64,000 nt of DNA from Neoechinorhynchus agilis (taxonomy: Eukaryota; Animalia; Acanthocephala): positions 2,512,389-2,576,388 of the forward strand of contig CM121343.1 of the NCBI GenBank assembly GCA_051530055.1, written 5' to 3'. Under the pieces are notes generated by a model. That model worked only from the letters and a program-made list of their open reading frames with translations, ran no database searches and had not been told where the DNA came from. This document shows, piece by piece, positions 49,387-61,947 of the stretch. Every line of letters begins with the position of its first letter. Positions within the stretch are counted from its first letter, which is position 1. Both the position numbers and the translations under genes were made by a program.

Positions 49387-50994
49387 ATGCTTTCCGGACG
49401 TAGCTGTCTGAGTTTTCTATTGGTGGTTGCGGCTATCATCTCATACCAAATTACTTTGGAGACTAAGCAACGTACTCAAGATGTTAGTGAATTTTGGTGG
49501 CTAGACCATCCTTTCTATATAAATGCCGATGGACATTCCTATTGTGAGTCACATTCTGACTGTTGTGGTAGCAACCGCGACGATTTATTTTGCTCGGTTT
49601 TATTGAGTGATTACGGAACGTCATGCTACTGTGACTCCTTTTGCTTAAGATCCAAACGTGATATGGATTGTTGCCCGGATTATTTCTATATTTGTAAGAG
49701 CAATTTATCGATGAGTGCAATGAAGCCAAAAGTGTCATTTAGTTCTGAGCAGGAAGGTGGCGATGAAATAACTCTGGAATCAGAAGAGTTCTGCATGGAT
49801 CTAAACGGTGATCGGGTTGAACACGGTGCCTATGTCTACCAATTCTGTAATAGGTACAAATGTTTACTATCGGCCGATACTGATAATGGATCGCCACCAA
49901 GTGGTAGTCATAAATTAGTGCATAATTCGGAGAAAATGAAGCTCGGTTTGTCTCAAATCGATTACCACATTTGTGCTAACGATAATCGTGCGCAACGAGT
50001 TATTAGAAACGCTGAGGATAAGCGGCAAATCTTTTGGACAGGTCAAATATATGGCCGATTTGCACCACTTGATATAGACGGAGCTCTCCAATTATACACT
50101 ACCGGTTTACAGAATATCTCAGAAAGTTTCCAGTCACTGCCGATAATTAAATCTGCATCTACGGAGCATGAACTCAACATAAATCTGTCGAGATATATTT
50201 CAGACAAAGCAGAAGTTGCAATTTTCGATCAGGGACGCTGTGGGATAGCTTCTACAATAGCCAGCGTACTTTTCACAATTGCGGACGCGTTAAGTGCCAA
50301 AGGTATTCAATTATCTGGGTCACTTTCAGTACAACATGTCTTATCCTGTGTGATCGCACATGCGACATGCACTAATGCCAGGATTTCGGCGGTTACTGTA
50401 TGGTTGTCCTTAATGTCACCCAGTGGTCATTTGAATATCCCTTTACTTAGCCAATGTTATCCCTATCGAAATGGTGAAACCGATCAAGTAACGCTTTGAG
50501 TTTTGAGCTGTTATCGAGTACCTTTATCTCAGAATTCAACAATAGACGATTGCGTTGAAACTAGATATGAACTAGAAAGTTATGAAACCTTGAATAATAT
50601 GTACAGCAATCATATAAATTCATGCAATCGACTAACTCCAATGATACCCAGCACACTTCGGTTCGGTAGAATATTATCCGGTGATATAGCGTCGATTAAA
50701 CGGCACATCCTCAAGTGCGGTTCGGTTCAGGCAACTGTGAAAGTTAGTCCAAGCTTCTTTAGCTATTCGAAGGGTATTTATTCCACTATTTCTGATGCTG
50801 ATATTGATCAAAATACCCATTATGCATATCATTCCATTCGGATCATAGGTTGGCACAACGAAAATGAATCAGCGGTACCATCCCACTGGATAGCAGTGAA
50901 CAGTTGGGGTTACGATTGGGGCGAGGAGGGGTTTATTAGGATAATGCAGGGGGCACTTGAAATTGAGCGATTCGTCGTCGGCGTAATGTGCTAG
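49387..50994 (+). CDS. TINAGL1: Tubulointerstitial nephritis antigen-like inactive cathepsin-B-family protein (~520 aa)
   Basis: Signal peptide; SMB-like CC..RDD.FC...CYCDSFC...DCCPDYFYIC; C1A domain DQGRCGIASTI (catalytic Cys replaced by Ala), YHSIRIIGW, NSWGYDWGEEG. A 45-nt intron (50488-50532) removes the TGA. The symbol denotes family-level recognition. Confidence 0.85.
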
Positions 50995-52074
50995 AAAAAT
51001 ATATTTTTATTTTGAATGATGGATGTTGTACATTTTTATGATTTTTATTTCCTTGTCATACTTTTTAGTTTTTTTCAGTAGCTGGTTTTGAAATAAATTT
51101 TAATTTTGACGCTATAGACAAATCCACCTTTTAATAATCCTATTCAATGACTAGGTAAAAAACGGAATGTTAAATTGGAAATTTCAGTTTGGGACAAAAT
51201 TTGAAACAGCTGCGGAGTTCCTAAATAATTGCATCCTGGACTCGGACATTTAGCTAAGATTACAAATATCAATTAACTGAGAAAAATATTTTTCAAAATC
51301 TTTCATATAGACGTTAAAACCAATTTTAAAGTGCCATATAATATTATGAATATATGGATTATCGTTTGATCTCATAGTTCTGTTTATCCTACGGCGCAAA
51401 CAAAGGTTCAGAAACGATCCGCAGAACAATCAGGCGCTCAAAAAAATTACCATCACCGAATAAAAGTAATTGGAAGGTGTCTTTCAACCACTATATCAAG
51501 AGCCACAAAAAGCTTTCGCAACAGTAACTGTATATTTATCCAAGAAAATCTCGATATGTATTCGACTTTAAAAAAAGAAATTTGATTAAACGACACCAAC
51601 TATATGTTGATCTATTTTGTAGTCGTTATTATATCGAAATTGATATCATGTGCCGAATAGTAAGGTAGTATAAGAGAAAATCAAGACCAATGAGGTCGTT
51701 ATACCCACAACCACATGCTACATTGTGCCTTTAGATTGATACAAACCAATGTGCCCGGAAACGAGCAAAATATCGTTTTACACAACATTCGAATTTCTTT
51801 GCCAGAAGTTCGTAATTTGGGCCTTAGCACAATTTAGCCGCAGTGTCGATTATGGAGATGTTCCGGATACTTTAAATCCTAGAGTCGTTGCTCTCCACTG
51901 GATAAACTAACGTCTATTTAACGATAACCGTTACACGAAGAAATCCTAATAATTAATTGTATTGCAAAAAATTGACGGTAGAGATTATCTTAATATTTTG
52001 CCTCTTCCTCCAGATCTCGTCGGTAACTACAAAGCGACAATAATGGAATTGGAGTTGTGGTGATCATAATCCCG

Positions 52075-55000
52075 GATAAAAGATATTTCTCTTAGTGGGG
52101 AGGCGTTATTCTAAATATCTCAATTCGACCAAATATTTTTTATCCGTGTAAGGGGATTACAATCTCCATTAGTCTATCATCCAGGAGGATTTTCTCTTGG
52201 TCGTGAGGCTTTCTCCTTCTAAATATCTCAATTCGACCAAATATTTTTTATCCGTGTAAGGGGATTACAATCTCCATTAGTCTATCACCCCGAAGGATTT
52301 TCTCTTAGTGGTGAGGCTTTCTCCTTCTAAATATCTCAATTCGACCAAATATTTTTTATCCGTGTAAGGGGATTACAATCTCCATTAGTCTATCGCCCCG
52401 AAGGATTTTCTCTTAGTGGTGAGGCTTTCTCCTTCTAAATATCTCAATTCAACCGAATATTTTTTATCCGTGTAAGCGGATTACAATCTCCATTAGTCTA
52501 TCATCCCGAAGGATTTTCTCTTGGTGGCGAGGTTTCTCCTAAATATCTCAACTCAACTAAATATTTTTATCCGTGTAAGGGGATTACAATCTCCATTAGT
52601 CTATCACCCCGAAGGATTTTCTCTTAGTGGTGAGGCCTTCTAAATATCTCAATTCGACCAAATATTTTATCCGTGTAAGGGGATTACAATCTCCATTAGT
52701 CTATCATCCCGAAGGATTTTCTCTTGTGGTGAGGTTTCTCCTTCTAAATATCTCAATTCAACCGAATATTTTTTATCCGTGTAAGGGGATTACAATCTCC
52801 ATTAGTCTATCATCCCGAAGGATTTTCTCTTGGTGGTGAGGCTTTCTCCTTCTAAATATCTCAATTCAACCGAATATTTTTTATCCGTGTAAGGGGATTA
52901 CAATCTCCATTAGTCTATCATCCCGAAGGATTTTCTCTTGGTGGTGAGGTTTCTCCTTCTAAATATCTCAATTCAACCAAATATTTTTTATCCGTGTAAG
53001 GGGATTACAATCTCCATTAGTCTTTCATCCCGAAGGATTTTCTCTTGGTGGTGAGGTTTCTCCTTCTAAATATCTCAATTCAACCGAATATTTTTATCCG
53101 TGTAAGGGGATTACAATCTCCATTAGTCTTCATATCGAAGGATTTTCTCTTGGTGGTGAGGCTTTCTCCTTCTAAGTATCTCAATTCAACCGAATATTTT
53201 TTATCCGTGTAAGGGGATTACAATCTCCATTAGTTTTCATAAGGATTTTCTTGGTGGTGGGTTTTCTAATATTATTAATTTTTTTGTGTGGGATACATCT
53301 TCATCCGAGGATTTTCTCTTGGTGGTGAGGCTTTCTCCTTCTAATATCTAATTTAAAAATATTTTATCCGTGTAAGGGGATTACAATCTCCATTAGTCTA
53401 TCATCCCGAAGGATTTTCTCTTGGTGGTGAGGCTTTCTCCTTCTAAATATCTCAATTCAACCGAATATTTTTTATCCGTGTAAGGGGATTACAATCTCCA
53501 TTAGTCTATCATCCCGAAGGATTTTCTCTTGGTGGTGAGGCTTTCTCCTTCTAAATATCTCAATTCAACCAAATATTTTTTATCCGTGTAAGGGGATTAC
53601 AATCTCCATTAGTCTATCATCCCGAAGGATTTTCTCTTGGTGGTGAGGCTTTCTCCTTCTAAGTATCTTAATTCAACAAAATATGTTTTATCCGTGTAAG
53701 GGGATTACAATCTCCATTAGTCTTTCATCCCGAAGGATTTTCTCTTGGTGGTGAGGTTTTCTCCTTCTAAATATCTCAATTCAACCGAATATTTTTATCC
53801 GTGTAAGGGGATTACAATCTCCATTAGTTTTCATATCGAAGGATTTTCTCTTGGTGGTGAGGCTTTCTCCTTCTAAGTATCTCAATTTAACCAAATATTT
53901 TTTATCCGTGTAAGGGGATTACAATCTCCATTAGTCTATCATCCCGAAGGATTTTCTCTTGGTGGTGAGGTTTCTCCTTCTAAATATCTCAATTTAACCG
54001 AATATTTTTTATCCGTGTAAGGGGATTACAATCTCCATTAGTCTATCATCCCGAAGGATTTTCTCTTGGTGGTGAGGTTTCTCCTTCTAAATATCTCAAT
54101 TCAACCAAATATTTTTTATCCGTGTAAGGGGATTACAATCTCCATTAGTCTATCATCCCGAAGGATTTTCTCTTGGTGGTGAGGTTTTCTCCTTCTAAAT
54201 ATCTCAATTTAACCGAATATTTTTTATCCGTGTAAGGGGATTACAATCTCCATTAGTCTATCATCCCGAAGGATTTTCTCTTGGTGGTGGGGTTTCTCCT
54301 TCTAAATATCTCAATTTAACCGAATATTTTTTATCCGTGTAAGGGGATTACAATCTCCATTAGTCTTTCATCCCGAAGGATTTTCTCTTGGTGGTGGGGT
54401 TTCTCCTTCTAAATATCTCAATTTAACCGAATATTTTTTATCCGTGTAAGGGGATTACAATCTCCATTAGTCTATCATCCCGAAGGATTTTCTCTTGGTG
54501 GTGAGGTTTTCTCCTTCTAAATATCTCAATTCAACCGAATATTTTTTATCCGTGTAAGGGGATTACAATCTCCATTAGTCTATCATCCCGAAGGATTTTC
54601 TCTTGGTGGTGGGGTTTCTCCTTCTAAATATCTCAATTTAACCGAATATTTTTTATCCGTGTAAGGGGATTACAATCTCCATTAGTCTATCATCCCGAAG
54701 GATTTTCTCTTGGTGGTGAGGTTTTCTCCTTCTAAGTATCTCAATTTAACCGAATATTTTTTATCCGTGTAAGGGGATTACAATCTCCATTAGTCTATCA
54801 TCCAGGAGGATTTTCTCTTGGTGGTGGGGTTTCTCCTTCTAAATATCTCAATTCAACCAAATATTTTTTATCCGTGTAAGGGGATTACAATCTCCATTAG
54901 TCTTTCATCCCGAAGGATTTTCTCTTGGTGGTGGGGTTTCTCCTTCTAAATATCTCAATTCAACCAAATATTTTTTATCCGTGTAAGGGGATTACAATCT

Positions 55001-57346
55001 CCATTAGTCTATCATCCCGAAGGATTTTCTCTTGGTGGTGAGGTTTTCTCCTTCTAAATATCTCAATTCAACCGAATATTTTTTATCCGTGTAAGGGGAT
55101 TACAATCTCCATTAGTCTATCATCCAGGAGGATTTTCTCTTGGTGGTGGGGTTTCTCCTTCTAAATATCTCAATTTAACCGAATATTTTTTATCCGTGTA
55201 AGGGGATTACAATCTCCATTAGTCTATCATCCAGGAGGATTTTCTCTTGGTGGTGGGGTTTCTCCTAAATATCTCAATTTAACCGAGTATTTTTTATCCG
55301 TGTAAGGGGATTACAATCTCCATTAGTCTATCATCCAGGAGGATTTTCTCTTGGTGGTGGGGTTTCTCCTTCTAAATATCTCAATTCGACCAAATATTTT
55401 TTTATCCGTGTAAGGGGATTACAATCTCCATTAGTCTATCATCCAGAAGGATTTTCTCTTGGTGGTGGGGTTTCTCCTTCTAAATATCTCAATTTAACCG
55501 AATATTTTTTATCCGTGTAAGGGGATTACAATCTCCATTAGTCTATCATCCAGAAGGATTTTCTCTTGGTGGTGGGGTTTCTCCTTCTAAATATCTCAAT
55601 TCAACCGAATATTTTTTATCCGTGTAAGGGGATTACAATCTCCATTAGTCTTTCATCCCGAAGGATTTTCTCTTGGTGGTGGGGTTTCTCCTTCTAAATA
55701 TCTCAATTTAACCGAGTATTTTTTATCCGTGTAAGGGGATTACAATCTCCCTTAGTCTATCATCCCGAAGGATTTTCTCTTGGTCGTGAGGTTTTCTCCT
55801 TCTAAGTATCTCAATTCAACCGAATATTTTTTATCCGTGTAAGGGGATTACAATCTCCATTAGTCTTTCATCCCGAAGGATTTTCTCTTGGTGGTGGGGT
55901 TTCTCCTTCTAAATATCTCAATTTAACCGAGTATTTTTTATCCGTGTAAGGGGATTACAATCTCCATTAGTCTATCATCCAGGAGGATTTTCTCTTGGTG
56001 GTGGGGTTTCTCCTTCTAAATATCTCAATTCGACCAAATATTTTTTATCCGTGTAAGGGGATTACAATCTCCATTAGTCTATCATCCCGAAGGATTTTCT
56101 CTTGGTGGTGGGGTTTCTCCTTCTAAATATCTCAATTTAACCGAGTATTTTTTATCCGTGTAAGGGGATTACAATCTCCATTAGTCTATCATCCAGGAGG
56201 ATTTTCTCTTGGTCGTGAGGTTTTCTCCTTCTAAATATCTCAATTCGACCAAATATTTTTTATCCGTGTAAGGGGATTACAATCTCCATTAGTCTATCAT
56301 CCTGAAGGATTTTCTCTTGGTGGTGGGGTTTCTCCTTCTAAATATCTCAATTCAAGACCAATATTTTTTATCCGTGTAAGGGGATTACAATCTCCATTAG
56401 TCTATCATCCGAAGGATTTTCTCTTGGTGGTGGGGTTTCTCCTTCTAAATATCTCAATTTAACCGAATATTTTTTATCCGTGTAAGGGGATTACAATCTC
56501 CATTAGTCTATCATCCCGAAGGATTTTCTCTTGGTGTGAGGTTTTCTCCTTCTAAATATCTCAATTCGACCAAATATTTTTTATCCGTGTAAGGGGATTA
56601 CAATCTCCATTAGTCTATCATCCCGAAGGATTTTCTCTTGGTGGTGGGGTTTCTCCTTCTAAATATCTCAATTCAACCGAATATTTTTTATCCGTGTAAG
56701 GGGATTACAATCTCCATTAGTCTATCATCCAGGAGGATTTTCTCTTGGTGGTGAGGTTTTCTCCTTCTAAATATCTCAATTCAACCGAATATTTTTTATC
56801 CGTGTAAGGGGATTACAATCTCCATTAGTCTATCATCCAGGAGGATTTTCTCTTGGTGGTGAGGCTTTCTCCTTCTAAATATCTCAATTCAACCAAATAT
56901 TTTTTATCCGTGTAAGGGGATTACAATCTCCATTAGTCTATCATCCCGAAGGATTTTCTCTTGGTGGTGAGGTTTCTCCTTCTAAATATCTCAATTCAAC
57001 CGAATATTTTTTATCCGTGTAAGGGGATTACAATCTCCATTAGTCTATCATCCAGGAGGATTTTCTCTTAGTGGTGAGGCTTTCTCCTTCTAAATATCTC
57101 AATTCGACCAAATATTTTTTATCCGTGTAAGGGGATTACAATCTCCATTAGTCTTTCATCCCGAAGGATTTTCTCTTGGTGGTGAGGCTTTCTCCTTCTA
57201 AGTATCTTAATTTAAGAAAATATGTTTTGTTTCACCGAGGATTTTCTCTTGTGGTGGGTTTCTCCTTCTAATATCTAATTAAATATTTTTATCCGTGTAA
57301 GGGGATTACAATCTCCATTAGTCTATCATCCCGAAGGATTTTCTCC
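52075..57346. repeat. Tandem array, 107-108-bp unit, about 49 copies
   Basis: Unit ttttctcttggtggtgaggctttctccttctaaatatctcaattcaaccgaatattttttatccgtgtaaggggattacaatctccattagtctatcatcccgaagga; for example cccgaagg at 53405 and 53513. Confidence 0.98.
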
Positions 57347-57845
57347 TGATGGATAATGGAATTTTATCAGTTAACTAAGAATTTGTGCTGAAATGTCATA
57401 TATGTGTCAATAGTCACAAGAAAAGTGTCAAATTTTGTCTCGTTTTCGCGAACGTATTCATTCGCACCATGTTTCAATATACTTTTTTGCCCCCCATCCC
57501 GCATTCTCTTCATGCCGTGCGCGTTCATGGGCACACTACACTTCGCTCGCTTTCTACGAAATTCATCATTTCTCGGTTAGATTGTCAGACATCTCAAATT
57601 TGAGAATTTGTCCTTTGAATCAATTTAGGTAAGCAATACTAAGAACTAAAATTTTACGAGCACACAAAAAGGTGAGTTGCGTAACATGAGTCTAGATGTT
57701 TGTACGTGAGAGAAAACGCTTCTCGTATACTAGTGTTTGCTAACTCATGAGTGTGTTCATTGAGTTCACCTAGGTTGGAGGTTGTGTTCTCGTTGCAAGC
57801 TTTAGCATTGGCCGGAAAGGATTCCAATCTCAAGCTGATTAGAAA

Positions 57846-60508
57846 ATGGACACTAAAAATGAAGGTCAGGTGACTGTGGATGCTAGAAAGTCGTTATCGG
57901 ATTTCCAAACGAAAAAAGCGACCTATTTCTTCCAAACTAATCTAGGTATAGCATTTTTGATTTTCTACATCATTGGCCTATGCCCTTTGACAGATATTGA
58001 ACGAAAAGGATACCTAGAAAAGGAAGATGTTGAATTTTACCTTTTGGTAAGTGATTGTCGTTAAGTATCACAATCTCTGCCATTTAAATAAGTTCCATCT
58101 AACAACGGTTGGTAAGGAAGGCGACGAGCAGTTAGCAAAGGATTTAAGTTTATGTACCGAGAAGGTTTGGGACTACATTGTTGGACCGTATTCTGCGACT
58201 GATAGTAACAAATTGACATTGGAGCAATTCCAGGTTTTTGGATTGCGATGTTTGATGGATGGTGAAGCCTTTTGTATTTAGGACATGTGGGCTACATTAT
58301 CAAATATGTTAAAATCCGGAGATAATCTTCCGCATTGCATAGATGAATGGCTAAGGGCAGGTTATAACTTATATAAAGCGCCACCAGGTACTTAAGGTTG
58401 CTTAAACTTGTTTTGCAGTTATTGATTTAGAATCAAAACGGGAAGGGATACCTCTGGACTCTTTTTTAAGTTTATATCAACGCATGGGATTAAGTTTGAA
58501 TAGGGGAATACAATCCTTTAAAGCACTGTTGCAGGTAAAACACTTCAAGGACTGTCACTTAAAATCAGTTACTTGCTATATCGCAGAAATACGGTCAAAC
58601 CTTGAGTTTCGATGTCGTCATGGAAATCGTGAAGACCATCTTGACCACTGATGACCCAAGTAATCCAAGTGGATACTTCCTACCAGGTTTTGAGGTCGCT
58701 CTACCGAAACGTAGGTACACCTAAATTTTAATTTCTTTTTTCAGCGAATAGTACTCTGAGATTTTAGTTGGCGTTTACAGCGAGAAAACTCACGACACTG
58801 ACCTAAAACAAAATACAACAGCAAGTAGTCCTCTGGACGAAGTAAGTTATGATCATCCAACCTTAAGGACGGAAGCTACAGGTATTTTAATTTTATTGTC
58901 TCTCTTTTTGGTTCTATATATGCTTAATAATTAAGAAATCAAAATAAACGAATCACCGACAAAGAATAAAGCTTCGTTAATTAACGCTGGAACTGAGACT
59001 GGTTAGTAGATCTTTGAATAAATGACTAGGTAAAAATATTGGCAGTATCTGATCGATTGAATTTACGACCACCTCCGCCATCGCCACCATTACATCTGAG
59101 GCACGATATTCGACAACCGCAACAAATGGGCGACTTGAGATATCCAACAAATATTGGTAAAGGAAATCGCATTGACCCTATACCGAAAGTGAACACGGAT
59201 ACGAGGAAAACGCATGGCTGCCAGATTCCCGGCGTAAACAACGATGACGGGAAATATATAATGAATATCTTGAAAGAGATGAATATTGACCCAAATGATT
59301 GCGAATTCATAGTTGATACACAACGCAGTGACCAACTACCTGGTTCTGCTTTTGATGCCAACTCACCAATCTCGAGAACAAATCATTGTATTGCAAATAA
59401 AGGCGGCAATCGGGGAGGATTGTACCCTAATGTTGGCCCCTCTACAGGATTCTCGCCAATGGCTGGTTATGGTTCAATGCATAACGTTCATACCCCAAAT
59501 GTTCGTCCTAGTAGAAATTTCGGCATGAGTGGAAATACTGATTCATCTCGGTTACGAATTCATAGTGATGGCCGAGCTCCACCACGATTCAACTTTCAGC
59601 ACGGCAATATTAGACAAGCACAACCTCCATTGCAGCCGTTCAACGTACCTTTGCAACGAACTAGAATGCCACATAATTCACTGCCCAAATTTTGTACCGC
59701 ACAACAACAACAACATCCACGAATGCAGGCGAGAAATATACGTCCACCGGAGTCCAAAAATTACAACCATATGCAGCAATCGACTACAGCGAATCCCTTG
59801 ATAGACAATGTTGTACGTCAAATAACCCCTATGGTTATGAACATTGTTAGAGAGGAAATGAAACGATCACAACTGTCGGATCCAAAAACTAATGTGCCAC
59901 ACAGTTCTAATCAGTTTCCATCGAATTTCCAAAGCCCTCATTATATAGCCCACCCAACCCAAGGTCGAGAGCCGCATGGTGCTGACTGGCAGTCAACGCC
60001 AATGACCGAATATCATATTTCCAAAGAAGAACCTTTAAGATTTATGGGGGACGCTAATCTTCAAAATACACCAACTGATCAGGTAATGTTAGAAAAGTTA
60101 ATGAAGAAAAAGCAACGTAAGTTGGAGGAGATGCAAGCGGCAAAAGATGGAACTCACGATGATAATGAGAAACTAACCGATGATAGTAACCCCAAATCAA
60201 CCGAGGTCGATGACGACGCACATTTCATGTTTTATCCGCAGCCTGGATTTAGCTCTTCAAACTTGGATGAAGAATCTCTATCGGCTCCTATTTTTATGAC
60301 CATGGTTCCTCCTTTTTTCGCGGGGCATGATGATTTGTTGATTAATCAATCAAGCATGCCACATCGAGGGGAGCCACGGGGAGGTATAAGATTCTCATAA
60401 GCAAACTGACCATTTACACTCATTTTAGGTTTTGTAATAATGGTCGAAGAAAATGAGCTAACAACAGGAAAACAGAATGGGAGTGAGGGACGCGTATCTG
60501 AGCAATAA
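57846..60508 (+). CDS. Calexcitin/sarcoplasmic calcium-binding protein-like EF-hand domain with a long low-complexity C-terminal extension (~741 aa, 10 exons)
   Basis: Exons 57846-57945, 57994-58046, 58093-58233, 58282-58387, 58431-58534, 58587-58710, 58768-58881, 58936-59001, 59046-60383 and 60429-60508 (2226 nt, GT-AG introns of 43-57 nt). Motifs LSDFQTKK, DIERKGYLEKED, MWATL..MLKSGDNLP..IDEWL, TDDPSNPSGYFLPG. Confidence 0.8.
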
Positions 60509-60638
60509 TACCGTGTGCATGCCAAGTTTTAAAGCGCTCTCATACTAAATATAATCCATTAAATTTTTGAACAATCAGCTCCTTTGACTCACAGGAAACC
60601 TAAAATTGTCTATTACTCGTTTTATTCATCACATAGCC

Positions 60639-61485
60639 CTAATGGCCTTTGCGTTGATGTTTTTGCCATCGAGACCCATCTGAAGAAGATGAATGCGTAA
60701 GCTCCGTTACTTTTACGTTCGACGGTAAAAGATTCCTTATGCTGCCTACATGATGGTGCCTGCTGCTTGTTGATGGATCATTGAAATGACATGCACATTT
60801 GCAATCCGGAATCTCGCAAATAAACGTTTTTGGCCTTACGGCTTTGTCCACTGACTTTTTTTGTGGTTTATGATTGTGGTTGTTGTTGTGGTGGTGGTGG
60901 CATCCATGTTCACCGGCGGCGTTGTGGCCGTGGTTTGGTTTAGATTTGCGTTCTAGATCCGGCACGGCACCGTGAATAGGACAGGGAGCTCGATCTACTT
61001 TGTTGTCTATTCGAGTGATCCCTAGCAAGCAAACCCACTTTTAAGGATCATTCGTTCACGTGGTTGCCGTTATGTTTGCCACAATGGTGCGGACATTGAT
61101 GCGGTGATCGACAACGGTGACATTCGTGCGCCGGTGATTGCTGCGGCTCTAATCCACGGCCAGGGCAGCACCATGGTTTGTGTTCAGCGTTCATCGGTGG
61201 TGGTGGTGGTCCACCATGTTCAGGACATCTATTGTCAAAGTTGAAGTGATTGGGATTCTGGTTCCAATGATTACACAAATTTGGAGCAACACCCCAGCAT
61301 GCACCGAAGTGGTTATTGGGCTGTGGATACGGCAATTGATCTTTACAGCGGTGATGAGGATGTTGATGACCATGAGGACATTCATTCCCATTAAACTTAT
61401 CTTCCTTATTGTCACATCCTGCATTCATATTTTGATTGAACATATATGGCGAATTAGGAAACTGTCCGTTTAAAAACCAGCTCAT
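60639..61485 (-). CDS. His/Cys/Pro/Asn-rich protein of unknown family (~266 aa)
   Basis: Two ORFs of like composition (HGHQHPHHRC, CHRCRSPHQCPHHCG, HGCHHHHNNNHNH, CEIPDCKCACH) are joined by a proposed 46-nt GC-AG intron 61067-61022 (801 nt total). Confidence 0.65.
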
Positions 61486-61947
61486 TCCTTGTCGAATGGG
61501 TATATATTCTCAATACAGGAAGGGTGTTTTGGCTTATACCTAGGAAAAAGGAACTGAGCTCCTTTGGGAGTTCCTACTTATACACATGGAATATTCTCGT
61601 GAGTGTTGTATTTCCGACACTGGAATCGTGATTATTTTCGGCTGGTAAAAGATGGTGTTTTCAAGCACTGACAACACGGCCGGATGATTTTGGAGCAATG
61701 GTCATATACAACATCTATTTATATGCCTTTTTAAAACCAAAGGTTTACACATCATCCCATGTTTAGATTTGTTGTCTTTGCAGGAAAAGATACTCCCTTT
61801 AATGATAAAATATGGTGAAGAAAATAGGAACTAAGAAATTCGATTGAATTTTCGGCCTTAGCGCAGGCCTTCTTCAGACTATTGTTAAAGTGTTTTATTC
61901 GCATCTATCAACAATGGTAAATATATATATATTCGACTCCCTTTAAT

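Noticed and set aside
17849-50994. Stop-codon reassignment or general readthrough (same-frame ORFs split by TGA/TAG in Tob and the TINAGL1-like gene)
   Set aside because: 3n-length GT-AG introns (50488-50532, 18652-18708) remove these stops, and SLC5A7 translates cleanly with the standard code. Only the first Tob junction stays open and is listed as a finding.
2636-57346. CRISPR-like interpretation of the tandem arrays
   Set aside because: There are no unique spacers or cas genes and the context is eukaryotic.
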